The notes under the pieces were generated by a model. It made no database searches. It was not told the origin of the DNA and saw only the letters and a program-made list of their open reading frames with translations. DNA of 60,073 nucleotides, from the IMG/VR virus record IMGVR_UViG_3300032087_004980, one strand, 5' to 3'. Shown here piece by piece: positions 32,024 through 40,341 of the stretch (positions are counted from its first letter, which is position 1; each line of letters opens with the position of its first letter). This stretch comes from a virus. The translations under genes were made by a program, and so were the position numbers.

Positions 32024-32100
32024 CCGCGAGTATCTCCTCAAGCTTATACCTTGTTGAAAGAGTAATTGGTTACATGTGGGTTCAAGCCCCACCTCGCGGA
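32024..32100 (+). other. tRNA-like element with a perfect acceptor stem and T-arm but a non-canonical core (pseudo-tRNA or atypical tRNA)
   Basis: CCGCGAG/CTCGCGG 7-bp acceptor plus discriminator A. GTGGG-TTCAAGC-CCCAC T-arm. No D-arm can be folded. The internal hairpin CAAG-CTTATAC-CTTG has a 7-nt loop with U33/A37-like positions (would read UAU). Confidence 0.4.
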
Positions 32101-32121
32101 CTTTAATTAAATTTGTACCAC

Positions 32122-32195
32122 GCCCCTGTAGCTCAACAGGATAGAGCAACGCACTTCTAATGCGTAGGTTTCAGGTTCGAGTCCTGACAGGGGTA
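32122..32195 (+). tRNA. trnR: tRNA-Arg (anticodon UCU)
   Basis: Hand-folded cloverleaf. Acceptor GCCCCTG/CAGGGGT, D-arm GCTC-AACAGGATA-GAGC, anticodon arm ACGCA-CTTCTAA-TGCGT, T-arm TCAGG-TTCGAGT-CCTGA, discriminator A. Confidence 0.9.
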
Positions 32196-32209
32196 CGAAA
32201 TTAAATACA

Positions 32210-32341
32210 ATGGCAAAACAACTAACTCCAGTTTACGAGAAGCGGCGCGTCAGAAGAAAGGGTGTGCACGCAAAGACCAAGCAGTCTAAGAACAAGAACT
32301 CTAAAAACTACAAGAAGCGTTATGCCTCTCAGGGACGATGA
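32210..32341 (+). CDS. Highly basic mini-ORF (43 aa) translationally coupled to terL
   Basis: MAKQLTPVYEKRRVRRKGVHAKTKQSKNKNSKNYKKRYASQGR; the stop overlaps the terL ATG (ATGA). Confidence 0.4.
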   Translation: MAKQLTPVYEKRRVRRKGVHAKTKQSKNKNSKNYKKRYASQGR

Positions 32342-34470
32342 GCGTTCTAGTAGATATAGAGGAGTACGATGAGCCAGGCATCAAGATTTGTCCCAACGGT
32401 ACGCAAGGTGAAAGTCTTGAACTTGGTGGGCTGGTCATTGTTCTTCCCGCTCAGCCGCCCAAAAAAAAAATTGCAGGACATGGAGGCGCAAAGCGCCTGC
32501 AGATGTGGCAGAGGAACGATATGCCTCAGGAACTGTCTAGGGTTCGCTCTATGGATGAGTGGCTCGAAATGCCAAGGGAGTTTAGACAGAAGTTTTCTCC
32601 GTATATCGAGGAGGAGTTTAGACGTAGGCGTGAGGGCTTTTGGTTCTATAACAACGGTGTCCCTACGTATATTACGGGTAGGCATTACATGATGCTGCAG
32701 TGGACTAGGATGGATATAGGCTATCCTAGCTTCCTGAACTTCCAAAGAGAAATCTTCTTACATTTAGCTGCGTGTGAGGCGGACCCTAGGTGTATAGGTC
32801 AGCTGTATACCAAATGCAGGCGGAGCGGATACACTAACATCTGCTCTGCCGTTTTGCTTGACGAAGCCACACAAGTCAAAGACAAGCTTTTGGGGATACA
32901 GTCTAAGACTGGTAAGGATGCCCAAGAGAATATATTCATGAAGAAGGTTGTGCAGATGTTTAGGCATTACCCCTTCTTTTTTAAACCCATTCAGGATGGT
33001 ACCACAAACCCACGCATGGAGCTGGCTTTTCGCGAGCCCTCTAAAAGAATCACGAAGAACAATAAGACTGCGCAGAAGGGCGAGGCTCTTAATACGGTAA
33101 TTAACTGGAAGAACACTACCAACAATGCATACGATGGTGAAAAGCTTCACCTGCTGTATTTAGACGAGGCAGGTAAATGGGAGAAGCCCACGGACATCCG
33201 TGATGCCTGGAGGATTCAGCGTACATGCCTTATCGTAGGCAGGAAGATTGTGGGCAAGGCTATGGTAGGAAGTACCGTCAACCCCATGGACAAGGGCGGT
33301 AAAGAGTACAAAGACCTTTGGGCAGACTCAGATCCATTTGACAGAAACGCAAACGGTCGCACTCGATCTGGGCTTTACAGGTTATTTATTCCTGCCTACG
33401 AATCCCTTGAGGGGTTCTTTGACCTTTATGGCAACCCAGTGATTTCTCAGCCAGAGTCAGCAGTAGAGGGGGTAGACGGAGACATGATCTACCAGGGGGC
33501 AAAGGTGTATTTAAAAAACGAAAGAGACAGCCTTAAGCATGATGCGTCTGAGCTAAACGAGGTTGTTCGTCAATTCCCATTTAGCGAAGAAGAAGCATTC
33601 AGAGACAGCATTGATGGGAGTGTGTTCAACGTAGGCAAGATCTACGAGCAAATGGACCACAATGAGGAGCTGTACCCAGACCCCGTGGTGACAGGAAACT
33701 TTATATGGAAGGATGGGGTCCAGGATACAGAGGTAGTATTTTCTCCTGACCCTAGAGGTAAATTTAATGTTTCATGGTTGCCACCTAAAGAACTGAGAAA
33801 CAAAAAGTTATACGAAGGCGGAAAACTTATGGCACCAAATGCAGAGCTGGGGGTAGGCGGGGTTGACTCCTACGATCTTGACGCCACCGTCGATGGACGG
33901 GGATCGAAGGGAGCGCTTCATCTATACAACAAGTTTCACATGGAGTATCCATCAAACATGTTTGTGGTAGAGTATGCGTCCCGTCCGCCTTTGGCTAAAA
34001 TATTTTACGAAGATGTTTTGATGGCTGCCTTTTATTTTGGCTACCCACTGTTAATTGAAAACAACAAGTACGGTATTGCAAGGTACTTTGAATCAAGAGG
34101 TTACGACGGCTACTTAATGGCCAGGCCAAAACACCTTTCAGCCCCCAACGCCAAGGTGAATGTTAAAACAAAAGGCATCCCATCAAACTCACAAGAAGTT
34201 ATTCAGGCCCACGCTCAGGCCATCGAGGCATACATACACAACTACGTTGGATATAACCCAGAAACAGGGGCGGCTGGTAACATGTACTTTAATGAAACCT
34301 TGGAGGACTGGATTGGATTTAAGATCGACAACAGGACAAAGTTTGACTTGACGATTAGCTCTGGTCTTTGTTTGTTGGCGGCTCAAAAAGTCAATCAAAA
34401 GAAGAAGTCTAGCCCTGATCTAGAAAGAAAATTTTTCAGGCGATACAAGCCCATCCAGTCAGAATACTGA
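32338..34470 (+). CDS. terL: Terminase large subunit
   Basis: 710 aa. Walker-A-like ..KCRRSGYT.., Walker B with catalytic Glu ..LHLLYLDEAG.., nuclease-type acidic motifs (..VGGVDSYD..; ..LLIENNKYG..). Directly precedes the portal-size gene. Confidence 0.8.
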   Translation: MSVLVDIEEYDEPGIKICPNGTQGESLELGGLVIVLPAQPPKKKIAGHGGAKRLQMWQRNDMPQELSRVRSMDEWLEMPREFRQKFSPYIEEEFRRRREGFWFYNNGVPTYITGRHYMMLQWTRMDIGYPSFLNFQREIFLHLAACEADPRCIGQLYTKCRRSGYTNICSAVLLDEATQVKDKLLGIQSKTGKDAQENIFMKKVVQMFRHYPFFFKPIQDGTTNPRMELAFREPSKRITKNNKTAQKGEALNTVINWKNTTNNAYDGEKLHLLYLDEAGKWEKPTDIRDAWRIQRTCLIVGRKIVGKAMVGSTVNPMDKGGKEYKDLWADSDPFDRNANGRTRSGLYRLFIPAYESLEGFFDLYGNPVISQPESAVEGVDGDMIYQGAKVYLKNERDSLKHDASELNEVVRQFPFSEEEAFRDSIDGSVFNVGKIYEQMDHNEELYPDPVVTGNFIWKDGVQDTEVVFSPDPRGKFNVSWLPPKELRNKKLYEGGKLMAPNAELGVGGVDSYDLDATVDGRGSKGALHLYNKFHMEYPSNMFVVEYASRPPLAKIFYEDVLMAAFYFGYPLLIENNKYGIARYFESRGYDGYLMARPKHLSAPNAKVNVKTKGIPSNSQEVIQAHAQAIEAYIHNYVGYNPETGAAGNMYFNETLEDWIGFKIDNRTKFDLTISSGLCLLAAQKVNQKKKSSPDLERKFFRRYKPIQSEY

Positions 34471-34476
34471 CTTTCT

Positions 34477-34484
34477 TATATTTG
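34477..34484 (+). promoter_or_regulatory. Late-type -7 box TATATTTG upstream of the portal gene
   Basis: Intergenic CTTATATTTGcataaatgactaagcttgcataATG. Confidence 0.4.
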
Positions 34485-34506
34485 CATAAATGACTAAGCT
34501 TGCATA

Positions 34507-36936
34507 ATGTATAGCAAAAACAAAAACAGCGCTAATTTTCCTGACCCACTTGTTAGTCAAGAGATAAAGGCCGCAAAAGAATACGGGCTTAAATATGCAA
34601 AAGCTGTTGAAAGTCAGTGGGGAGATTTTGCAAATACAGAATCGCTATACAGAAAAAGAAATAAAATATTCGAGAAAAACAGAGAGTATGCGAACGGAAC
34701 TCAAGACACTTCCATTTACAAGCAGCTTCTTAATTCTCTCGATCCTAACAACGGGGATGGATCTCTCATAAACCTTGACTACACTCCCGTCCCTATCCTC
34801 CCCAAGTTTGCTAAGGTTGTTTCAAACAAGATCCTGTCTCGCAACCCATACCCCAATCTTGAGGCTATCGACCCCGTTTCTTCTTCAGAAAAGAACAATG
34901 AAAAGAGCAGGATTAGAAATCAAGTCCTTCTCAAGGATAAGTTGCTTGAGCTCAAGGAGATAACAGGAGGTCTAGTTCTTGACGAAGATCCAGAGAAGCT
35001 TCCAGATACTTTGGAGGAGGCTGAAATCCTTATTGAGACAAACGTCAAAACTGATGCAGAGGTGGCTGCCCAGGTTGCCACAAACCTGACTTTAAATTGG
35101 AATGACTTCAATGACAACACCTACAGAAGGGCTGTTAATGATCTGACCTCTCTGGGAATGTCTGTTGTGAAAAGAAGCAACGATCCCAACTATGGCATTA
35201 AGGTTGATTACGTTGATCCTATTGACTTTGTCCACAGTTACACGGAAGATCCTGGAATGAATGACTTGATTTACGCAGGTCATATCAAAAGAATATCTAT
35301 TGCTGAACTTAAGCGCCTTGCGGGCGATCATTTTACGGAAGAGGATTATGAAGAGATTGCTAAAAAGTCCACACGTTATTCTGCTGGATCAAGCAACAAA
35401 GGGTACTTTGATTCTTACATGAACAAAATGAAGTATGAGTATGACGACTATATGGTCGAAGTGCTTGACTTTGAGTTCATGTCTGTGGACTGCGTCTACT
35501 ACGAGGAAAAACAAAATCGTCACGGCAACACGGGGTTTTTTCACCAGGGCTTTACCTATAAGGAAAGGGCAGGTAGCGTTTACGAAAGGACCCCACACAA
35601 GATGGAAATTGCCACTGTTTACGGAGGCAGCTACATCACAGGAACTAAAATGCTGTTTGATTACGGCATGAAAACAAACGTACCTAGAAATGTCCACGAC
35701 ATTTCAAAGTGCAATCTTTCATACTCTGCTGTTTGTACAAACATTAGACGTATGATTCCCAAGTCTATGGTTAACAGCTGCATTGGGTTTGCTGATATGC
35801 TTCAGCTTACACACCTCAAGATTCAGCAAGCCATAGCTAAAGCCAAGCCAGATGGATTGATTATTGACGTCGAAGGACTGGAGAATGTCCAGCTTGGAAA
35901 CGCGGGAGAGCTTCAACCACTTGATCTGCATGATATCTACGAGCAGACGGGTGTCTTCTATTACAGGAGTAAAAATCCAGAAGGTGGATTCCAGAACCCA
36001 CCAGTTCGCGAGATTGGTAATAGCATTCGAAATATTAATGAGCTTATTGGTTTGTACAACCATTACTTGCGAATGATTCGAGATACCACTGGTATCAATG
36101 AAATGATGGATGCATCGACTCCCAAGGGAGACACCTTGGTTGGAGTTCAACAAAATGCTATCGCAGCTGGCAACAACGCCATCTACGACATCACCAATGC
36201 TGCAATGATTCTTTACAAGAAGACCTGCCATGACATTGTCAAGTGTTTGCAGATTCTTCCTATGGAGTCTGTCATATTCAAGGCCTATGAAAACGCCATA
36301 GGCAAAACAAACATGGGTGTGCTGTCTTCTTTTGGAGACCTTCCTATGTACAACTTTGGAGTCACGGTTGTTAAGGACATGGAGGATCAAGACAAGATTT
36401 ATCTTGAGCAAAGCATCCAGCAGTCCTTGGCACAAAAGGAGATTGATCTCGAAGACGCGATTGCGATCAGAACAATCAAGGACATCAACCAGGCGGAGCG
36501 CCTTTTGATCCTGAGGAGAAAGAAGCGTATTGAGAGAGTGCAAAAGCAAGCAGCTGAGAATGCTCAGATGCAAGCTCAGCAAGCACAGGCTGCCGCACAG
36601 GCTGCCTCTCAGGGCCGCATGCAGGAGATGCAACTAGAAGCACAGATGAAGGCTCAGGAGATGCAGCTTAAGAATCAGCTTGAGGCGCAACTAGAGCAGG
36701 TCAAGCATCAGTTCCGCAAAGAGATTGAAATCATTAGAGCTCAGGCAACCCTTGGATTTAGAACTGAGGAGCAAGAGTTTAAAGAAAAGCTTGAGGTCTT
36801 GAAGGAGGATCGCAAGGACACAAGAGTCAAGAAGCAGGCAGTTGAGCAGAGTAAGCTAATATCTCAAAGAAGGGGGCAGAGACCAGAGCTTCGAGACGAA
36901 CCAGAACAATCAGTAAATCTAGCAGACCTTCTTTAA
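34507..36936 (+). CDS. Portal protein (putative) with Gln/Ala-rich coiled-coil C-terminal extension
   Basis: 809 aa ORF immediately after terL. C-terminus ..QAAENAQMQAQQAQAAAQAASQGRMQEMQLEAQMKAQEMQLKNQLEAQLEQ.. Confidence 0.65.
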   Translation: MYSKNKNSANFPDPLVSQEIKAAKEYGLKYAKAVESQWGDFANTESLYRKRNKIFEKNREYANGTQDTSIYKQLLNSLDPNNGDGSLINLDYTPVPILPKFAKVVSNKILSRNPYPNLEAIDPVSSSEKNNEKSRIRNQVLLKDKLLELKEITGGLVLDEDPEKLPDTLEEAEILIETNVKTDAEVAAQVATNLTLNWNDFNDNTYRRAVNDLTSLGMSVVKRSNDPNYGIKVDYVDPIDFVHSYTEDPGMNDLIYAGHIKRISIAELKRLAGDHFTEEDYEEIAKKSTRYSAGSSNKGYFDSYMNKMKYEYDDYMVEVLDFEFMSVDCVYYEEKQNRHGNTGFFHQGFTYKERAGSVYERTPHKMEIATVYGGSYITGTKMLFDYGMKTNVPRNVHDISKCNLSYSAVCTNIRRMIPKSMVNSCIGFADMLQLTHLKIQQAIAKAKPDGLIIDVEGLENVQLGNAGELQPLDLHDIYEQTGVFYYRSKNPEGGFQNPPVREIGNSIRNINELIGLYNHYLRMIRDTTGINEMMDASTPKGDTLVGVQQNAIAAGNNAIYDITNAAMILYKKTCHDIVKCLQILPMESVIFKAYENAIGKTNMGVLSSFGDLPMYNFGVTVVKDMEDQDKIYLEQSIQQSLAQKEIDLEDAIAIRTIKDINQAERLLILRRKKRIERVQKQAAENAQMQAQQAQAAAQAASQGRMQEMQLEAQMKAQEMQLKNQLEAQLEQVKHQFRKEIEIIRAQATLGFRTEEQEFKEKLEVLKEDRKDTRVKKQAVEQSKLISQRRGQRPELRDEPEQSVNLADLL

Positions 36937-36937
36937 G

Positions 36938-37408
36938 ATGGCGAAAAAAGTAAACTTTGATCAAAGCCAAAAGCTTGACATCACGTGTCGCAGAGGAGAC
37001 TCGTTTTCCATGACAATAACTCTAAAGGATTCCTCAGGCACTGCTCTTCCTCTTGTCACAGACGAGTACTCTTTTGTGATGCAGGTTCGAGATTCTTTGC
37101 GGTCTGCAAGCGCAAAAGGCACAGCGGGCCTTGTGCTTTCTACTGTTGACATTGGCCCAAAAGCAGTGAGGTCTAACGGCGTAGAAATGGCTTTTGAAGA
37201 ATTTGTTCTTGACAATAGTGGTAACTTGACGATATCAGCAACTGCAGAAACAATGAGGTTTGTGCCTGCGGGAAACTACATCTATGATCTTCAGCAAATT
37301 AAACCCAATTCATCTACAGGCGTAGACGATCACAAAACAATTTTGCGAGGAGCTTTTAATGTAAATGAAGATATTAGTGATGCAACCCCAACCCCCGCTA
37401 CGCGATGA
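36938..37408 (+). CDS. Hypothetical virion-module protein (156 aa)
   Basis: ORF with ATG start, 1 nt after the portal stop; beta-rich sequence. Confidence 0.7.
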   Translation: MAKKVNFDQSQKLDITCRRGDSFSMTITLKDSSGTALPLVTDEYSFVMQVRDSLRSASAKGTAGLVLSTVDIGPKAVRSNGVEMAFEEFVLDNSGNLTISATAETMRFVPAGNYIYDLQQIKPNSSTGVDDHKTILRGAFNVNEDISDATPTPATR

Positions 37409-37575
37409 TTGTTGAGGTAACAGCATCTAATCAGGATTCTATGAGCATTGTTTTAAGTAATGGCTCTACATTTTTGTTTCAGCAAAAAACAAATGCAATT
37501 ACTTTAACTGAACAAGATCAGGCGGCAACAGAAGTCATAGAAGTTGCGCAGGATTCAATAGTTATATTTGTGTAA
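37405..37575 (+). CDS. Small ORF (56 aa)
   Basis: Hand translation gives MIVEVTASNQDSMSIVLSNGSTFLFQQKTNAITLTEQDQAATEVIEVAQDSIVIFV. ATGA and TAATG couplings fill an otherwise empty 167-nt gap. Confidence 0.5.
   Translation: MIVEVTASNQDSMSIVLSNGSTFLFQQKTNAITLTEQDQAATEVIEVAQDSIVIFV
37563..37570 (+). promoter_or_regulatory. Late-type -7 box TATATTTG, 4 nt before ATG 37575
   Basis: TTATATTTGtgtaATG, the same box-to-ATG spacing as at 26205 and 46453. Confidence 0.4.
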
Positions 37576-37880
37576 TGAGTAAAGAAGCCTTGAGATCTCG
37601 TATAAAGCGCATGCTAAAAAAGCATGGTCTTAGCGGTGTAAATAAAGCTAAGAGGACTCCAGGCCACCCCAAAAAGTCTCACATTGTTTTGGCAAAACAA
37701 GGGGATAAGGTTAAACTTATTCGCTTTGGTGAAAAGGGTGCAAAAACAGCAGGTAAGCCTAAACCAGGTGAGTCTGATCGCATGAAAGCAAAGCGCAAGT
37801 CTTTTAAGGCTCGTCATGCTAAAAACATTGCTAAGGGTAAGATGAGCGCTGCTTACTGGGCTAACAAAACAAAATGGTAA
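37575..37880 (+). CDS. Basic protein (101 aa)
   Basis: Lys/Arg-rich; C-terminal ..KRKSFKARHAKNIAKGKMSAAYWANKTKW. Confidence 0.7.
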   Translation: MSKEALRSRIKRMLKKHGLSGVNKAKRTPGHPKKSHIVLAKQGDKVKLIRFGEKGAKTAGKPKPGESDRMKAKRKSFKARHAKNIAKGKMSAAYWANKTKW

Positions 37881-37884
37881 GATA

Positions 37885-38202
37885 ATGTCGTATCACGGAT
37901 CATCAGGAGGGTCAAGAAGATCTACCCCATCTTCATCTGCGTCTGGACGTCGTAGACCCTCGCGCCCAACTCCTCGCCCTCAACCATCTAGAACAAGGAG
38001 ATCAAACGCTACTGGAATGAATGCTGTTAAACTCAACAGAGGCGGCAAGCTTAAAGTTTCTACAAAAACAAGAGCTGTTGACCCTCCTGCAGGCTTCCAC
38101 TGGATGGAAGAAAATGGTAGATATTTTCTTATGAGGGGAGAATACAAGCCTCACCCAGGGGCGGTAAAGCAGGCTAGATTCAGACTTGCAAGTCATGGCT
38201 AA
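37885..38202 (+). CDS. Arg/Ser/Pro-rich basic protein (105 aa)
   Basis: ..GGSRRSTPSSSASGRRRPSRPTPRPQPSRTRRS.. followed by ..GFHWMEENGRYFLMRGEYKPHPGA.. Confidence 0.65.
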   Translation: MSYHGSSGGSRRSTPSSSASGRRRPSRPTPRPQPSRTRRSNATGMNAVKLNRGGKLKVSTKTRAVDPPAGFHWMEENGRYFLMRGEYKPHPGAVKQARFRLASHG

Positions 38203-38386
38203 GAAGTTCAATCCTAAATACACAAAGGGTAGTTCTAATGTAGCCAAAAGAAAAAAGTTGATGGCGGAAATATCAGCCATCTACAAAAAATATAGAGGCA
38301 CAAAAGCCAAAAGAAAAAAGAAAGGATTCCCACCAGCTGTAGCAGCAAGGCTTAAGAAGCTTATGGCAGAAAGAGATAAGATATGA
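38195..38386 (+). CDS. Lys-rich basic protein (63 aa)
   Basis: ATG at 38195 (ORF-track start 38186 is TTG); 8-nt overlap upstream. Confidence 0.55.
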   Translation: MAKKFNPKYTKGSSNVAKRKKLMAEISAIYKKYRGTKAKRKKKGFPPAVAARLKKLMAERDKI

Positions 38387-38895
38387 TTCTTGTAAAAAAC
38401 AATTCACGACCCCCCAAAAAACAAATGGTTGTTGGCGGCATGCTTGGGGCTGCTGCGACTACGGGTCTTGGTGCATTTGCAAAAGCAGCAGGAGCTGGTC
38501 TTGGTGAAGCTGCAGTCAATAGACTTCTTTATGGCAAAGGTGCAAATCAAAGATTGTTTGAGGAGCAATTTGAAGAAGATGTTCCTTCAGATGCCTTGGA
38601 TACTGGCGAAGAGGATGTTGTAATTAGAATCACAAAGGGTGGCGAGATTATTCAAGAAGCAAAACGAGGCGCAAAAGTCAAGCGAAAGAAAAAGAAAGGT
38701 AAGGGTAAGGGATATGCTAGTCTAAGTCCTGCTCAGAAGCAAGTCTACAAAAGAGGGTTGGCTGCATACATGAGCTCAGGGAATCGCCCCAAGGTTTCGC
38801 AACACGCCTGGGCTATGGCTCGTGTTAGATCTGCCTTTGGAAAGCGCGAGGCGGCTAAGATTAGAGCTGGCAAGGGCAAGAAAAAGAAGAAATAA
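38383..38895 (+). CDS. Basic protein (170 aa) with a Gly/Ala hydrophobic segment and poly-Lys tail
   Basis: ..VVGGMLGAAATTGLGAFAKAAGAGLGEAA.. and ..KVKRKKKKGKGKG..GKGKKKKK; ATGA overlap upstream. Confidence 0.7.
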   Translation: MILVKNNSRPPKKQMVVGGMLGAAATTGLGAFAKAAGAGLGEAAVNRLLYGKGANQRLFEEQFEEDVPSDALDTGEEDVVIRITKGGEIIQEAKRGAKVKRKKKKGKGKGYASLSPAQKQVYKRGLAAYMSSGNRPKVSQHAWAMARVRSAFGKREAAKIRAGKGKKKKK

Positions 38896-38902
38896 TAATT
38901 AG

Positions 38903-38910
38903 TATATTTG
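38903..38910 (+). promoter_or_regulatory. Late-type -7 box TATATTTG
   Basis: AATTAGTATATTTG (identical 14-mer at 26187-26200), 19 nt before ATG 38930. Confidence 0.5.
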
Positions 38911-38929
38911 TCCAAACAAACAAACTAAA

Positions 38930-39322
38930 ATGGCAACTACAACCGCATCCATCACCATTTCTAGTGGAGACTTGACTGGTGACGCTCTTTCGCTGAGCAC
39001 AAGCACCCAGCTGAAAAAAGCAGGGGTGTCCACGGGCCTTGACCAGACCACTGGTGTCGCTCGAAAAATTTTGACCACTACGGGCGTTGTGACTTTGCTC
39101 ACAGCCTCTGAGTATACCAGCAACAAAGCTCACAAGGTGTTTGTGAGAAACATCAGCAGCAGCGCTTCTGAAAGTATTACAGTTACTGTTGGGTCTCAAG
39201 ATATTGGTAAGCTTTTTGGGGGTGATTTTATTTTTATCCCTTGGGAGGGCAGCGCTGACTTGAAGGTTGCTGCAAACACTGCCAATATGGTCGTTGAGTT
39301 TCTTTTGATTTACGAAGCGTAA
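38930..39322 (+). CDS. Small structural-type protein (130 aa), paralog family
   Basis: MATTTASITISSGDL..IGKLFGGDFIFIPWEG..VVEFLLIYEA, similar in pattern to the next gene. Confidence 0.7.
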   Translation: MATTTASITISSGDLTGDALSLSTSTQLKKAGVSTGLDQTTGVARKILTTTGVVTLLTASEYTSNKAHKVFVRNISSSASESITVTVGSQDIGKLFGGDFIFIPWEGSADLKVAANTANMVVEFLLIYEA

Positions 39323-39723
39323 TGGGAACTGTTAGGGCAACTTTGACTGTATCGTCTGCTGATGTCCTAGCGACTCCAGTAAATGTTACCGCGAATAAAA
39401 ATTTTAGCGCTGATTCTGGCGTAGTTATAAGGGCTAAAATTAAAGGCACATCAGCTGGTTCTGACGACATTACGATCTATAAGGCTGGCGATAAGACAAT
39501 CGCTGCATATCTCTACCTTAGAAACTTGGCTACAGACTTAGAAGACTACATCTACATTCACAACTCTACAGATACAGGCGATGTAGCTAAGATTGGCGGT
39601 GGTGAATTTTGTTACATTCCCGTCCCCCACAATAAAACATATAAGGCATACGGAACTAAAGTCAACCAACTGGTTGAGTTTGTTGTCTTTGGAGCGGACG
39701 ACCCTGATACAACTCTTGGATAA
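39322..39723 (+). CDS. Small structural-type protein (133 aa), paralog family
   Basis: MGTVRATLTVSSADV..IGGGEFCYIPVPHN..LVEFVVFG; TAATG coupling. Confidence 0.7.
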   Translation: MGTVRATLTVSSADVLATPVNVTANKNFSADSGVVIRAKIKGTSAGSDDITIYKAGDKTIAAYLYLRNLATDLEDYIYIHNSTDTGDVAKIGGGEFCYIPVPHNKTYKAYGTKVNQLVEFVVFGADDPDTTLG

Positions 39724-40316
39724 TGGCTAATATTTCAAATCAAGGCGCGGCCAGTCAGGTTGCATTTGGGCAGTATGGATCTGCGTTTCACGATACAGAC
39801 AGTAATGTAATTACTCCTCCTGAAGGTTTGGTTATTGTTGCAATAGCATTTCTTGCTGACAGCTCATTTGATACTCTTGTAGCGGAGGATCCTGGCAAAG
39901 TGTTCAACTTCGCTTCCGCAGCAAACGACGGAGGGCAGTTTGAAAGAAGCGTAAATCAGGGCACAGGCAGCACAAACAAAATAATATTTGACGACACGAA
40001 TGCTGCCTCTGGCGTTAAGATTGGAGATAAAGTTTTTCAAAAAACAACTGGCGTTTCGCATGGTACTGTCACAGCACTCGACCCTGATGGTGATAACGCA
40101 AATGAAATTCAAGTTAGTGAAACTAGCCTCGTAACGAATAACGAGTTTTTTGTGTTTATTAATCCAGACACCAACGGCGGTGAGGGAGCTGGGGGCCAAG
40201 TGATTGACACAAGCCAAGTGTTCCCAAAGGGCATGACCATCTATGGAAGATGGACTTCAGCATCTATTGCTTCTAGTGCATCAGCTGCAGGCATAATCTG
40301 CTACTTTGGTCCCTGA
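39723..40316 (+). CDS. Hypothetical virion-module protein (197 aa)
   Basis: ORF with TAATG coupling. Confidence 0.7.
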   Translation: MANISNQGAASQVAFGQYGSAFHDTDSNVITPPEGLVIVAIAFLADSSFDTLVAEDPGKVFNFASAANDGGQFERSVNQGTGSTNKIIFDDTNAASGVKIGDKVFQKTTGVSHGTVTALDPDGDNANEIQVSETSLVTNNEFFVFINPDTNGGEGAGGQVIDTSQVFPKGMTIYGRWTSASIASSASAAGIICYFGP

Positions 40317-40341
40317 TATAGAAAAACAAAATTTAATTTAA

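Noticed and set aside
31937-32149. 70-aa minus-strand ORF (MLYPVELQGRG..)
   Set aside because: It is the antisense translation of the tRNA-like element and tRNA-Arg.
32024-32195. The tRNA or tRNA-like region as an attP site of a temperate phage
   Set aside because: No integrase, excisionase or CI-like repressor was recognised anywhere in the genome. The only wHTH gene (29481-29903) is not adjacent.
34458-34471. Hairpin GTCAG-aata-CTGAC at the end of terL as a terminator
   Set aside because: The stem is only 5 bp and includes the terL stop codon. The following T-rich stretch is the portal promoter box. It is too weak to call.
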